A stretch of DNA of 64,000 nucleotides from Tubiluchus corallicola (Eukaryota > Animalia > Priapulida): contig JAQGDQ010000777.1 in assembly GCA_030141605.1 (NCBI GenBank), positions 1 to 64,000 of the forward strand, in the 5' to 3' direction. This document shows positions 24,022 through 39,600 of this stretch, piece after piece. The first letter of the stretch is position 1. Every line of letters begins with the position of its first letter. The position numbers and the translations under genes are program-made. Under the pieces are notes generated by a model, which worked only from the letters and a program-made list of their open reading frames with translations, was not told the DNA's origin and did not search any database.

Positions 24022-24300
24022 ACATTAAGAGATTTTGTAGTGTGTTTTTGTGCTTTGTTTACTTTAGAGTCGTAAATGTACTCATTGTTTCGTTCTGCAA
24101 GATTTTGCCAAAATGAGCGTCTGCACTCAAAATTGACCGTACTATCGTATACGGTCAATAAAAAGATATCACAAAACTACATCCTAAATTATAATAATTA
24201 CCTTAGTCAGGTAGCTAGGACAAAATAAACAAGACTAATCAAGTTTGTAAACAACTTACAACCCATTTCTCTGACTACTGTGCCCCAGGACGTATGCAAA

Positions 24301-24729
24301 CAGGGGCGGATGCAGGTTTCAGTACAACGGTGGGCCCAACAGACAAGTAGTTAGAGGGTCTGCGCGCTGCGTAAGCTCCCCTGCGAGGTCCACCCAAACG
24401 ACAATGCATTTTGCTGCATTTCAGACCACTTTTCTGCCTTCTAGGAGCCACTTCGTCAAGGAAGCTCACTAGTTTAGAACAGGTGTCAACTCACCTTTGA
24501 CTCAAAAATTACACACAAGCATTTTGATATACACTATACAGCATACATGATGTACATAACTTTCATCTGTTTTCTTGTGATATATGTTCTTTACAGATAT
24601 AAGGCACCTTTAAGATTTAGCAAATTGTTCTAATGCTTATAATTCAGTGATATAATTTGATGTGTGATAACAGTTGCTGTGCAAGGGAGGGCCCAGGCCC
24701 CTTGGGCTCACCCCCTAGATCCGCCACTG
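24301..24729. mobile_element. MITE with CAG termini and 5-bp TSD (hAT5-like)
   Basis: gcaaa|CAGGGGCGGAT...ATCCGCCACTG|gcaaa. Confidence 0.7.
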
Positions 24730-24997
24730 GCAAACATCGCCTATCTACAAAGAGGGTGGACGAGTTCACTGGGTGCAGACAAGCGACAGACGCCAAGTTT
24801 CGATAAGAGTTTATCAATCAGCCATTTTTTTCTAGTGCTGTGGCAACCTGAAAGAAATGCGCATGTGACATTTGTGTTAAAAATTGCGGTGGAAGGCAGC
24901 GGTGAACACAGACGAGATTAGAGTAACTAGTATTGAAGAATTGCAAACAAGAAATGTGAGATGACGGGTCAAAATCGACATAATAATCAAGAATTTT

Positions 24998-25317
<320 letters not shown>

Positions 25318-25768
25318 GAAAGGAGGTAGGCAAGCAGGGTAGAGAAAAAGATGGCAGAGGGAGAAAATGAAAAAGCACTGTACCACTTAAACTGATATCT
25401 AAAATTATTGCAGAAATTTCTTAACTGGGGTGTACAAGTATTACTGATATTTCGCTGCATATTAATAACAAAACTGCAGCCGATTTTCGAAAATAGGGTG
25501 TTTCACCCAAATTTGAATTTTGGTAAAAAATGCATCTATAATGTCTACGCTACCATAAGCAATGCAAAAATTAGACATTAATCAGTTATAAATAAATAAA
25601 TTCACATTAAATCAAAACACACTTAGGTAAGAAAATAATTACATAGTGATTGCATAGTAATTTAAGTTCATCATGCACACTTTCTATTACATTTTACAGA
25701 AAATGACGTTTCTCAAAAGTTAAACTGGATACTCTAAGTGACGACAGATCCCGCGCACGGACAACAAA

Positions 25769-28700
25769 ATGGACCCAGAAGTTACCGACCCGGAAATCGA
25801 CGAAGCGAGATCACCAGACGGAGGCTGGGGTTGGGCGATTGCCATAACAACGGGCGCAATCGTGGGGCTGCACTTCGGTTTCGCAGCCTGCTACGGCATC
25901 CTAATGGTCGACATGTTAGAACGGAGAGATTTTAACGCCGCCCTGGCAGGTGGAGTCTCCGGTCTGTTCACTTCCGTGATGGCCATAACAGGTATTTGAA
26001 GCAAATGCATATTATTGTCCATACAATGTCAATGTATCTGAGATATTAGAATAAAATTCTAAAAATATTAAATAACAGTAAATGTATTGCATTTCACGCA
26101 TGTTAAATCTCTGAATAATGCTGAAGCAGCAAGTGGTTACACAAGCAAATAGATTAAAGGAAAACCGGACGAATGTTTAGACTCAATCTCATTTTAATTT
26201 ACTGTCCAAAATATGCATTTTTGTAAAAGTTAGCAATTGTTTCTTATGTTTGAATAATTAGCTTAGAAAGTTAATTAATGACAGCCAAACACAGCTAATG
26301 CTTACATCAGAAACTAACCACAGTTTGTGCAATGGCAGACATCTTCCCTTGCGTATCAAGCACGTTTGCGTAAGTGTTACAATACTGCTTAAACGCATGA
26401 TGTTGCGAAAATGGGCTTTACGTCATATGACGCCAGAAACTAACACTGCAGTTCATGATCATGGTTAACACGGTAGCGCCATCTATTCGTCGGCCACGCG
26501 AATGTGACAAAACGATGCCACTGCCAAGCTTAGTAGATTCATTGACCGCGCATAGCTTTGAAAGTTTCACAAAATTGGAGTATCCGAGGTAATTATTATT
26601 TAACCTAAGCTTTGGTTTAAAAAAAGCAATTGTAATTTCCAATATTTTAGAGCATCCTTTATTCTGAACTAATGTTTACACAATCATCCAGTTTTCCTTT
26701 AAAAATTAGGCTACTTAACTTACCAACCATTTGCTTCAAATTGGAAAGCAAAGACATACGCCAACATATTCAACACTGAATACAGGCAGTTCATAGTACC
26801 TTCATAAGAATAGTCGAATGGCACTTTGTCGTGAAGTTATGGAGCATTGAGTTTGACCAGTCAGTGGATAAGTGACCAGCAGAAACTATATCTGAACGAC
26901 ACTTTGCTGTGAAGTTATGCAGCACTAAGTTTGACCAGTTAGTGGATAAGTGACCGACAGAAACTGTTTTTGGTAATTTTATTTAACCCAATGGCAGCCT
27001 CACTTCCATGTGGTTCTTGGGGTTTCTGTCACACCCAAATATGACTACGATGCCTCTGTCAGTTAGATGTCTCATTTTACAGGATTATCACCGGTAAGAA
27101 ATTAGAAGCCAGTCCCGCCTCAGTTGTCCTGCTGCCAAGTTGGTTGGAAAGTGGGTGTTGGGCTGGTGCGCTAGAGTTTAGTAAGAACTGCTCACAATTT
27201 GACTAAAATCCAAACCGAATTAAAGTTCAACGGAACCGATTTAAACTTTTCAGGTCCATTAGCATCAGCTACCGTGAAGAGGTTTGGCTCACGGAGCACC
27301 GCCGTCACGTCTGCCGTCACTGCCTCGCTGGGCGTCGCACTTTGCTACTTTGCCGACACGGTGTGGATGCTCTACGTCTTCTACGGATTCGTTTTTGGTA
27401 AGAAATACAAGAAGCGGCAAAATCAACATGCATACGCAGTGCCCCCTTACGTGCAGATGCTGTACCCCAGGGGTGTGCAAATTATCCGACTAGCCGGGCC
27501 ACATTAAACTTTCCCGCAATTCCTGTGGGTCACAGGCAGTTTGATCAAGGAGCCAAGTACAGAAAGGCCTAATAACGATTTTTTTGCATCCGACCTGTGT
27601 ACATCATTACTACTACACTCAAGAAACTATTTTAGAAGTTATTAAAATTTATATTACAAACCATATATTTCTACTTTCAGGACAGATAGTGGTAATTTCA
27701 TTACAATGCATATTAGTAATGTGTATCACACAGTCTGTGTAGTACAGTGACATTAAGCTACAACCGTCTTGTAAGGGTTAATGGCATCCGATCTAGTAGA
27801 AAAAACTACCCGCACTATCTTTGGGATCATGGCACGGACTTCAGCTGGATACACTCAATTAATCGCCTGGGCCACACTTTCATTAGGTTGACAAATGTCT
27901 TCGCGGGCCGCACAAATTCTCTCGGTGGGTCGCAATTTGCATACCCCTGCTGTACGTGGATAAGAATGAAACAAAGTGGATGACAATTATAGGCGTATAA
28001 GCCACGGCGGGGGCAATCACCAAATTTTTCGAGCACCGGCCAAATGATGAAAAAAGTAAAATAATATTTTTCATAAAAACAAATCATGGAATTTCTTCAC
28101 GTCACCAAATTAAGTGCCTGAAATCCGGCATTTTTTAATCATGGGGTAATTGCCGACTTAGGACTTTTTTCGAGTTGGCACTGTATTTTTCGGGCAAAAG
28201 TGGCTCAGCCCCCTACTCCCTACAAAAATCGGCTTGTACGCCTAAGTTGACAACAGTGATGACAGCAGTTTTGCTATGCTGACCATTCTTTGCTTGATAA
28301 CAGAGTTAACATAAAGGAAAACAGGACGATCTGTCATATCCTGCTCCTGGTAGAAATACAGGTAGTATTGACTGACCACAATCGGTTCCGGCAGATTGGT
28401 TGTAAGATGACTTGGCTTATTCAAGTTCTTAAATATGAACAAAAACTGATTATTCCCATTCTGGGTTAAGAAAAAAGTGATGCATGCGGCCCTGCTATCA
28501 CCTATTTTCTACAGCTGTGAATCCTGGATGACTGGCAATCTTAAAAGCGATAAATGTGATGTACAATTCTGTGATTAAAGCATTGCTTGGCGTCAAGAAG
28601 ACAACCGCTAATGACTTATGTTTAGTCCAGCTAGGATTACCTTCTGCCAGAGTGTACGTTCAAAATGCTCAATCAAGGTTCTTTAAACGAATAATTGAAT

Positions 28701-31371
28701 TGAGTGGCAACGAGCCCGATGACCCATTTTCGATCGTGTGGAATTTGTGCTCGGAAGCGAACACACCATGTGTACAATATGTGAAAGCTATCCTTCGTAA
28801 AACGGATATTATCTCTGACAACCTTGAGAACACAAAACAACATATCAGGGATTTCGAAAGAACTAAACTGTGCACCTATCTCTATTTGAATCCGGAACTA
28901 TCTATCAGTGCAATGTATAGTGTAAAAGTAAATGAGCTCCATAGGATCAAAACATCTCGCTTATGCCTCTCCTCACATAACCTAGCTATTGAGACTGGAA
29001 GATGGGCAAGGATAAAAAGAGAAGACAGGCTATGCTCCCGCCCTGGTTTAAACATTCAAACAGAAGAGCATGTTATCTGTTTTTGTCCACTTACAAATCA
29101 CCTTCGTGAAGGTAACACTGAACTGAACTTCAACAATCTGCATAAATTTTTCAATGGAAACCCAATGTCATATTGTGAATTTGTAAATAACTCTTTAGCG
29201 AATGTTAAAGATATAGTTCCACTCACTAGCATATATGAAAACTGCACATCTACTTAAGTATTATCCATATTTATTTTTCTGTACATGCCTGAGGGGTCGA
29301 TGAGAAATCAAGGATTCCACGAAGGGGTCAAAGGTCCAAAAAAGTTTGGTCTGCACTAGGATCTAAAACAAATCCAGTTTTTTTAACACTGCCATTGTAA
29401 CAAGATCAGTGTTAAGTAAATCAATTAATTAATTACTAGCATTAATTAGTTCGCTACTATAACACTTTCTCTTTGACAGGTTGCTCAAGCAAATTCGTCT
29501 CGATGTCCGGCTTCGCAATAATCAACAAGTACTTCGACAAGCACCTGTCGTTCGCCATCGGAATCGCCTACAGCGGAATTGGCATCATGATGGTGCCTCT
29601 CAGTTACCTCCTCAACTATCTCGTTAAGGAATACGGCTACAACGGCGCAATGCTCATCAGCAGCGCGGTCATTCTGAACGCTCTCCCCTGCGCGATGAGT
29701 TACAGGCCCGTAAAAGTTCGAGGAAAAAGCAACGACGGCAAAATCGACGATGCCAACGGCACAAACAGAAGCGAATTAGATACGGCAACCACGAATCGGG
29801 TGACGTTTGATATCAAGTCGCCAAGAGAGAGCTCGGCAAGTTTGGAATCGTATTTCAAAGTAGAAGCCCATTTGAACGCAACGGCCGAAATGGTTGACGA
29901 CTACGGCAACGGCGACAACAACGCAAACTTCGCATATTCCGTCGTGCCGAGTAGTAGACTGGATTTAATAGAAATGGCGATGACCAGTGCCGCTGCTGAT
30001 GATGAGGACACTGCAGAAAAGACCAAGAAGAAGCATAAAAAGGAAAAACGAGGAGGATTTCAATGGAGCGTACTGAAGGACATCCGCTTATGGATATTTC
30101 TCATCATGGTCAGTCTATTTGACCTACCTTTCATTAACCTGAACGTCTACCTGCCATTCAAGTCGGTAGAAGTCACTGGTAGTGACGTAAATGAAGCGAC
30201 CATGTTGTCGATAAACTCCGCAGTGTACACAGTGTCTGTACTACTGGCCAGTCCTATCTGGGACTACAAGCAATTCAGCAACGTGTACGCGCGTCAGTTC
30301 GGTTACTGTTTCATCGCTTTCGTCACCGGATCAGTGACGCTGCTGTTCTGCGTAGCACACGAGTATACGTCTCTGTACGTGCTGGTCGTGTTGTCCGGTG
30401 GACTGTACGGACTGTGTTTCTCGCCCACTAGTGTCATATTGAGAGACATGGCGGGCGCGGATCTTTTCACCGATTACTACTCGGCGTACATGCTGTTCGA
30501 GACGCCTTGTCTGTTCTTGGGTCCACTGCTGTTAGGTAAGATCATTTAGAAACTTAGTAACAATGTATAATGTATACAATGTACAATGTATGTATTTGGA
30601 TAACGCAGGTAGTGTATATTGACACCTTCAGGACCGTAAACATTTAATACATTTTGTACGTGTTCATTAGAAACTGCTCTCGGTGATTACATTTTACTTG
30701 ATCATTTTTGTAAGTTTCTACTCCTCATACGATAGATTTAGATGCAAAATTATATATGACTTACGAATTAAAAAACGATTTAAAAAAATTGAAAAAGCTT
30801 TCAGTGGCAGCAGTGTTTGCACCGTAACAATGTACAGTTTCACTTCTTTAGCCTCAAGTCTACTCTATTTCTAAGGACATTTCAGTTTCTCCTTGGCTGA
30901 TCCGTTGGCCTTTCCTAGAACTCTGTACAATAAACAGTTCTCTGGGCTCTAGCAAGCAGGTGATCAATAAATTAGTGTGTACGATCACGCAAGTGTGCAC
31001 CAGACTAAGCTTTTCAACAGGCTAAATTGGAGTGCCCGAAAGGATGTTTTTTCTTAATGTTATTCAATAAAATCACTTATAAATGTCTAAACAAACAGCA
31101 TGATTAGACAGCTGATAATCTCCTCAATAGAACAGTACCTAATTTGTAATCATTTAGTTATGTCTGTGCTCATGCAGTCTTATAAGACCTGTTTCGAATG
31201 GTGCAGTCCTGCAGGTACTACCTGTTTATCTTTTTAGGTGCGATGTACGACGTCAACGGCAACACAACTTTGCCGTTTTTAACCATGGGTACAGCTATGA
31301 TTCTATCGGCTCTAGTGGCACTGCTCCTGCCGCCTGTTACGAAGCTGTGGTATCCACGGAAACAAGAATAA
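25769..31371 (+). CDS. SLC16 / monocarboxylate transporter family MFS protein, mirror copy (518 aa)
   Basis: Exons 25769-25991, 27254-27397, 29480-30535, 31238-31371 total 1557 nt, ATG to TAA. All introns are GT-AG, phase 1. Confidence 0.9.
28447..29257 (+). mobile_element. LINE ORF2 C-terminal fragment, mirror copy
   Basis: Translation identical to 18850-19551. Confidence 0.75.
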
Positions 31372-33691
31372 ACAACAACACGGAATGCAACAATATTGCA
31401 TCTCACTGTTAAATATTGTCAATACAGTGTTCCCTCACTTATCGCGCGGGTGTTCCGTTCCAGGCCCACGTGTGATTCATTGGATGATGGTGATGATGGA
31501 TGATGACGACGACGACGGCGGTGTTAAATATTGCATTCTAAATTGTATTGTATTGTCACGTATTGAACTGTGGTACCTATGCTAAGCATATTTTATCGTA
31601 CCGCAATGCTTCGCGGGGATATTCTATAATGTTATTTCATTCTTCCTGCATAAAGAATTATAACATATAACTAGCGATGGGCGATTTTGAAATTATCTAA
31701 TTCGATGATAATCTTTTTCTTGTAATTCAATATATCGATCAGTCTTTTACGGTAATTTTTTAGTGTTTTTCGCCACATTTTTCAAACATTGCAGCACTGA
31801 AATACAGCCTATCAACTTCTTCATGGCTTTCATCGTTGTCTGCCATTTTCATAACTATTTTTGTAGACACGTATGTTCGTTAATTATTCTATTGCTATGT
31901 CCATTACACACGTCACGTGAAAGGGAATAAGTCCCAGTTTGCAAAACTGTGGTTTGTAATTATGTTCGTTGTGTAATTTGAGAAGAACGAAGAAAAAATG
32001 CAAGAATTCCATTTATTTGTGTTAAAACACTACCTTTTAGTAAATGTGCAACATGGCTAGAGGGCGGAGGAGGTCAAGTGACCCAACGGCCATGTGTAGA
32101 GGAGTAAACCTTCCAAATCAGGAGTGGAGCCCCGAAGGCGGACCAGTGCAACAGGCTCACTGACTCCGGCAGCTCCTGCAGGCAACCTGGTGCCAAACGT
32201 ATCGCTCTGCTTTCCTTTGGACTACACCAGGGAGGTTGAGAGGGAGTTCCTGTTGTCTGGACAACTCAGGATCTCCATACACCTTGCCCAGTCGTGTGCC
32301 CTGGAGAAGCCATTCCAGTGGTTCAATAATCAGACTGCTCAGCCACAGTCGACGCTGCTGCTCCATCAATGTGATCAATAACTGACTCTCTTGGTGCACA
32401 CCCCATTGTCTTCCGAGACAGAAGGATGCCAACCAACCAACACCAGGGAGGAAGAGAGGGGGGATTCCTGTTGTCTGGGCAAATCAAGATCTCCATACAG
32501 CTTGCCCAGCAGTGTGCCCTGGAGAGGCCATTCCAGTGGTTCAAGGATCAGACTGCTCAGCCACAGTCGACGCTGCAGCTCCACCAATGTGATCAATAAC
32601 TGACTCTCTTGGTGCACACCCCATTGTCTTCCGAGACAGAAGGATGCCAACAACAGCAACACGTATACTTTGCTCTCAATTAATCTCAATTAACAGAATT
32701 ACTGTTCAAGTAATTATATATCGATTATATCCATTCATACGCGGTTGTAATCTCAATTAATTTATTAATCGCCCATCGCTACATTTAACAAATAAAAATA
32801 AGCAATGAAGTAAACAAATTGTTTGTCGTTTCCATGACGAAGCAACTCCTTTCATAGCAACAACTCTCGCGGTCAAGACTGAAGATGCACAGAATAATAA
32901 GACAGCTCAGAGGCATATTAATCGATAGACTAACTAGGCTATAGCCTAGGACGCCAAAGTTTGAAGGTGTCACATTTTACTGAAAAAAGGGCACATTTTA
33001 TAACACACCACAGGCAGTTACTGAGGACACCTTTTAGATAAGTGCCACTTAATGAACAAGTGCAAGGTATTACACAAACAAGCAGTTGCACAGCCAGCTT
33101 GAATATAAACACTATGCAAATACATGTAATTTATAATCACCACATTATTATAACTATAGCAAACTAGGTTAATAGTGTTTCTAATACACCACAAGTAATT
33201 GTTGAAACTGCATATTAGCAAGAGCTGTGGAAATATATGTAATTTATAATGACCACGTACAAACTGGGTTAATAGTGTTTCTAATACACCTCAAGTAATT
33301 GTTTAATCTACTCATTCACAACAGAGATGGGTGAGACAGAACTATCAGCCTAGGGCAGGGATGAGAATGACAAATTGCAAAAAGCTCTGAAACAGGCCAG
33401 GGGTTTGAAGGTCGAGTAGGCTTTATGGGGGTTCTTTCAAGGGGGGTGAAACCCCCTTGGAGCCAGCAACAAATTGCAATTTTGTGACCATATGGAGCCT
33501 CTAAGCGGACTTAAGCGGTCAGCTTATGAAATAATGTACTGGATCCGTAGAAATTTTCTCAACGAATTTACGCGACTTACAAAAATGGTAAGCCTTCCAA
33601 AAACTCGGAATTTCACGTACCCACGGAAAATTCTCATCCCTGGCCTAGGGCGTCGTAAAGTTGTGACACGCCCCTGAGAGAGCCAGCTTAC

Positions 33692-36600
33692 CTAGGAAGT
33701 AGTCACGAAACTCTCTGGTATTTGCCAAAGCCTGTAGAACACTGTTCATGAAACAGGTGTTGCCTAAGTTGTCCAAACCCGTGAAACCGGGCGTCACGAC
33801 TTGCTCTGTTGCCTTTTGCGCCTTACTGAGTGGCGCCACCGTGCAAGTCGGTTTCTGAAACGTAACAAAGCGCGTTGTAATTTCCAACAAATTAATGGTT
33901 AACACAAAATCGGCAGCCTACCAAACTCTCGTAATGCTGCGGTGCCCAAGTGATTCACTGACTGAATGAATGACCCACTTTACATTGTTGAAGTTTAAAG
34001 TGCCTTTGTACAATCAGCATTCTCTTCCCGGAATGACTCTGTTTTTCAGAACAAAAACGGAATTACTGAAACAGGGTTGGCTCGCTCACGTCGTGAAAAG
34101 ATTGTTATAGAATCGACTCGTTGTTAGCGGGGATTCTCTTAACAAAACCCTGTTGTTTTTCAAACTCTTCTCGACATTCCCAAGAGTACATACGAGGTTG
34201 CCTCGTTAAAGGACAAGGAAAGGGGCACTTGAAGTAGGTTTCAGAAAAACTGCCTTAAAAAATTATACTACTTTACAGCAATTTTATGCACATATTTCGC
34301 GTTGAAAGGAATTTTCGCTCATTTTCATTTTAATCCTCCCGACGGCGTCATTACATGACGTCACTATGCAAACATGAATCAGGGGAAGAAAAGGCAATGT
34401 TAAATTATGACCCAAAAAGCTTTCCGTGTAAATCTATATTACTTGGCATTTCATTTTCCTGCTGGAATGACTTATGTAACGAAACTAATAATTGAAAATT
34501 TTTGCGCTAATTAGTAAAATGTCGCTGACTCACCCTCCAGGGTGCACCACTCACAAGCCAAAAAACGTATTTTTAATCTTATTGCCAAGATACAGTGATT
34601 TAAAATTTTACTTAATTAGCAACATGTGCGCTACAAATGCTCTGATTATTTTTTCAAACTTCACTCAATGTTATGAAAACTTGTTTCAAACGACCTACCA
34701 TTAAAATGACTGCGCCTAACGGTCATCGTGGGAGTCTAAATTTACACGTGTTATACAGCATGACTGCCGATTGAAGCCTTGCATACGAAAAGGTAGTACG
34801 TAAGTGGTATAAAATTTCGAGGCGAATGTTTTAAGCTTGATGTAAGTGGAGGGTTGTCTTGTGCTTTAATAGATTTAAATCAGTTGGAAATTTCCTCTGC
34901 AATAATACTTTAACTAAACCAACCAACCAAACAACCAGCCCACCAGCCAGCCAGCCATCCAACCAACCAACCTCCCACCAACCAAAAAACAATCAACCAA
35001 CAATCACCCAATCAAGTAATCGATTAACTAATCAAATAATCAATGAATTCATTAAAGACAAACCTTGGTGGTGTTCAATCGCTCGCCGACTTTGTTTGAA
35101 TCCTCCACGTCGGGAAGCGGAATTGCGGCGTTTGACGATGCGGTAGCCGATGCTGTAGCACTGGACGGAAAAGTCGGTCCAGAAAGAGGAACCCAGGTGT
35201 TCGATGGCCCAGCAGTTGCCGCTAAATAAGAAATTAAAGAAAATGCTAAATGTTGGAAGAGGATTAATAGCACTCCATGGTTGAAAATGTGTGCTTGCAA
35301 ACCAAAACCATCCATAAGTCGGCATAGTTAAAACTACGTTGTGGGGTCTCAAAGTAAAATGTACCAAAAATTTGGTCAAATGTTAATTTGTTTTTTTTAA
35401 TAAAAACAAACTCTAAATATATTGGACGTTTATATTCTAGTTTCAAATTATCAAAAAAATGTTAAGAAAAATACTAAAAATCAAATTTTATAACTCCTGT
35501 ACGAATTTTTCTGTCTAGAAACTAGAACTGCAATTGAAAAAAACTCGTAGTTTCAAACTCCGATAGTGGTGCGTGGAAGCAATGATTTTGCTTGTGAATT
35601 TTTCTGCTGCCAAGCTCAGATCTTTGTTTGGAAGACCCATCTGCTGGATTTAAACATAACTTCAACTTGTTCGTGCAAAGTCCATAGCAACCAACATTTA
35701 AGTGGTTGCTAAGTGTTTTGTAGAAACGTGACAAAAAACAATGGCTGACTTTGACAGCGATTTTCTAAAGGCTACGTTTGTCAGTGCGTAACCTGCACCT
35801 CAACTTCAACGCGAATTATCTCAGCTTAGAAATAACATAGAGCGATGAACTTGGTATCAAAATGATCCTCGTGAAATAGAGATACAGGATATGTGAATAA
35901 CTAGAAAAACTATAGCGACTTATGGATGATTTTGCTATGCAGGCACACAAACGGACCTTCAATTAAACGTGGATTATCTTAGCTTAGAAATAATACAGAC
36001 CAATGAACTTGGTATGAAAATGATCTTCATGAAACGGAGATTAAGGATACGTGAATAACTAGAAAAACTTAATTGCCGACTTATGGACGATTTTGCTATG
36101 CAAGCACACAATTCAATATTCATTAATTGCAGGATTTGTTTTAATAACTTTTTCCATTTTAATTATCTCGGATTGAGAAATTTTTGTAGGGAGCATTCCA
36201 GAACAGCACACCCTGCAGCAAAAAATATAAAAGCAAAATAAGGAAAAAATAATAACAAACGAACAACCAACTAAACACACAAAAGTGAGGGAACAACACC
36301 GCAACATTAATCGTTTGAACCAAAAACAAAAGCGAAAAAAATATGGCGGCTCTTAGTTAAAATTAGTGAGGTGCTGCTTCAGAAAATTGTTACAGATTGC
36401 TTTAATACTGTATAAAACGAAACAAACATACGTAATTTTAATGTTGTAACTTTTAACTGTAAGTTTAAACACACACGAACACAAACAAATTGATAAAATC
36501 CTAAACAAAAAAATTGTTTGCTTACGAATAGCCTAAATTGTCGCAGTTCAAGAATATGCCGGTACACGGATTTTAAGCACGTGACAACTGACAACAAACA

Positions 36601-39600
36601 CTGCGTGAGCGACAGTACTTTTTCTACCTAAAGTACAGCTTCTTATCTCAAGCATGTGCACATGATTGCTGGAGCTGTGAGCACATTGTACTGGAGCTGT
36701 GAAGCAAATAGTACTACCCTCACGTGCAAACACGCCAAATTTACACTTTATCATATGAACCTTCATACATAAACTTGATAAAATCCTAAACAAAAAATGT
36801 TTTATGCTTATTAATAGCCTAAATTGTCATAGTCAAGCTTGAACCTTTCACGGTAGACACGTGACAACTGACAACAAACTGTGTGAGCGACAGTACTTTG
36901 TCTACCTGAGCTGAGTCATGTGCACATGACCGATTGCGCACAACAGTCAAACACCGCGTTGCCGGAGCGCACTGTGTTGGGCTGCAAAGCAAACAGTTTC
37001 ACCCTCACATGCTCCGGTTAAGTACACGTATAAAGAAAGAACTAAAGAAAAAAGACTTATTATATTGAATATTATCAATAATATAGAGTGAAAACAGGGG
37101 GCGCTGCAGTTCAATAGTATGCGCCTCCACTAGTTTTTGCGTATATGCTTACTGATTGGGTTTTTTCTCCAGTGTGATTATTTTCTCTGTGTACAATGTG
37201 TATGTCTTTATGGAATTCATGTTTCATTAAATTCAATTCTGAATGTTGGGTGGCTCGTGTTTGAACTCAGCCAGCTTGTATCAGCTGATACAGATACTTA
37301 CATAGGCCTAGATACTGCCATGTTGCCTCTTAAAAGTTTTTCTCTCTGTTTTCCTCGATATAGTATGTCATGATGTCAATACATGATTTCTGAACAAAGT
37401 CGTTAAGATTTGCAGTACAGTCAACCTCGGATATAAGGGACACCTCCGCACCGGAAAAACCGTCCCTTAGATCCGATGTCCCTTATAATCGAGTTGAGTC
37501 AGACCGAGGTTGTATCTAGACCTGTACTTTTCTGTACTTTTACGTATATTTTTATGGATTATTGCTACATATTTAGTGCTAACGGTATGTAGGAAGCTCC
37601 TTCAGTGATGTGAGATGTATGTGACGGCGGAAACCGAGCTGTTTGAAGGCCGAGTTTGAAAAAAATTGAGGTTAAAAATCGATCAATTTCGTTTTGATCA
37701 TCGGGTCCCTTATGTGCGAGGTAATTTACCTGGGTTTCTATTACGCTGGGCCTGAAGATATCATCCCTTACATCTGAGTACCTTATATTTGGTTTTTGTG
37801 TATCTGTGTACAGACCTGTTGATCTGGGTTTTCCCTAGCATGTTTATTTTCCCTGTGTGTAATGTGTATGTCTACATGAGTATGAGCCGCCACTGGAAAA
37901 GAAAGCACGAGTCTTCTGTCTTTATCAGTCGCCTAAAGTGCCTAAATGCCAGAGTTTTACGTTACCTATGAACAAGTTCTGACCGTTTGCGGCGAAAGCA
38001 ATAAATTTCCAGGTTTTGCTTCAAATTTGGTGATTACAATTTCATTTCATTATGTGGAAAGACATACAAGCATACAGACGCGATTAAACTCACGTTTCAC
38101 TGTTAAATGCACTTACAATGCGTGGCCGCCTCCAGGGCCGGCCAGTGTCGACCATCCTTCTTCTTCAGCTGAATCTCTATCATCGAGTTCGTTATCTTCC
38201 ACTTGCATTCTTCCGGGTAGATCTGATCGCGAAGTTTCACCGTCCAGGAGAACACAGTGTCACTGTTAGCACGGGGGTGCAGAGCCAAAAACTTTGAATC
38301 CCTTCAAAAATAGAAATGCAAATAAAAAATTCGGCACATTCTACGTTACCGTGAGTCCAATACACGTCTACTGCATTAGCTTAGCATCGGCAAATACGGA
38401 CAATCAGGAAATTCAGACCGACGGTCTCCCCGCTTTTGTCCACCAAACCGAGATACGAGTGTACTTATTATTACTTACTTTGTGGAAAAAAGAACATGGA
38501 AGGATTGCTGCTCAAACTCAACAATTAGACTGGCAGGATCGATGCATTTCACGTACATGTTCACCATCATGTCAGTTTGCTACAAAACAAAAACGTAATT
38601 ACATCATATGTCGAAATAAAACATTACAGCAGGCACTGATAATATGGTCATTTTCTTAAGGAAAATCGAACCAATGAGTAGACTCAATCTTACTCTAATT
38701 AATCGTTCAAAATATACATTTTCTTGTTGTTTCTTATATTTAAATGATTAGCTTAAAAAGTTAATTAATGGCAACCGAACACGGGTATTGCTTACGTCAG
38801 AAACTAGCCACAGTTTGTGCAATGGCAGACGTCTTCCCCTGCGCGCCAAGCTCATTTGTGTAAGTGTTACTGCTTAAATGCGTGATGTCACTAAAATGGG
38901 CTCTACATCATATGACATCAGAAACTAACACTGCAGTTCATGATCATGGTTATCACGGTACCGCCTTCTATTTGTCGGCCATGCGAATGTGACAAAAAGG
39001 CGCCGCTGCCAATCTTAGTAGATCCACTGAACCGCGCGTAGCTTTGAAATTACGCATTACATCAATTAACCAAAGTTGAAATTCAATACAACAGTAAATG
39101 TGTGTTTGCGTAGCAAAATCGTCGATAAGGTAGCAATTCCAGTTATTCACATATCCTGAATCTCCATTTCATGAGGATCATTCACTGATTCATAAGGAAC
39201 AACACATATTAAAATCTGTAACCTAGTAGTAGCTAAACAGGCATCACAGGCATACGCTACTACATCATGATATAGCTGCAAGCGTTACGTTACAGAATTG
39301 CTTTAGCGTTACGCACCTTTTCGTAGAAGTTGTGCTTGACGTGGTTTATCACGTAAAGGTTTTTGGCTGCCTCATCCTCCTAAAAACCAGCAAAAAAAGA
39401 AACGAAAGCAATTAGTATTTGACACGAACTAGTGTGAACTTGCCTTTCAGTAAACGTTTAGAATTCGATGAGAATTGGTTTTGCCATGACAACTTGTCTC
39501 TTCACTGGCTGCCTTACCACGGCAGAAAAGCTATTGTGTCTGTCTATGTAGAACTACAGACTTATAATAATAATAATAACTTTATTTAAAGTTATGTTTT

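Noticed and set aside
22647-24022. Long ORFs on both strands (SLSL..., LEVFPHVYLS repeats)
   Set aside because: They are translations of the (CT)n microsatellite and the 30-bp minisatellite, which is stop-free in several frames.
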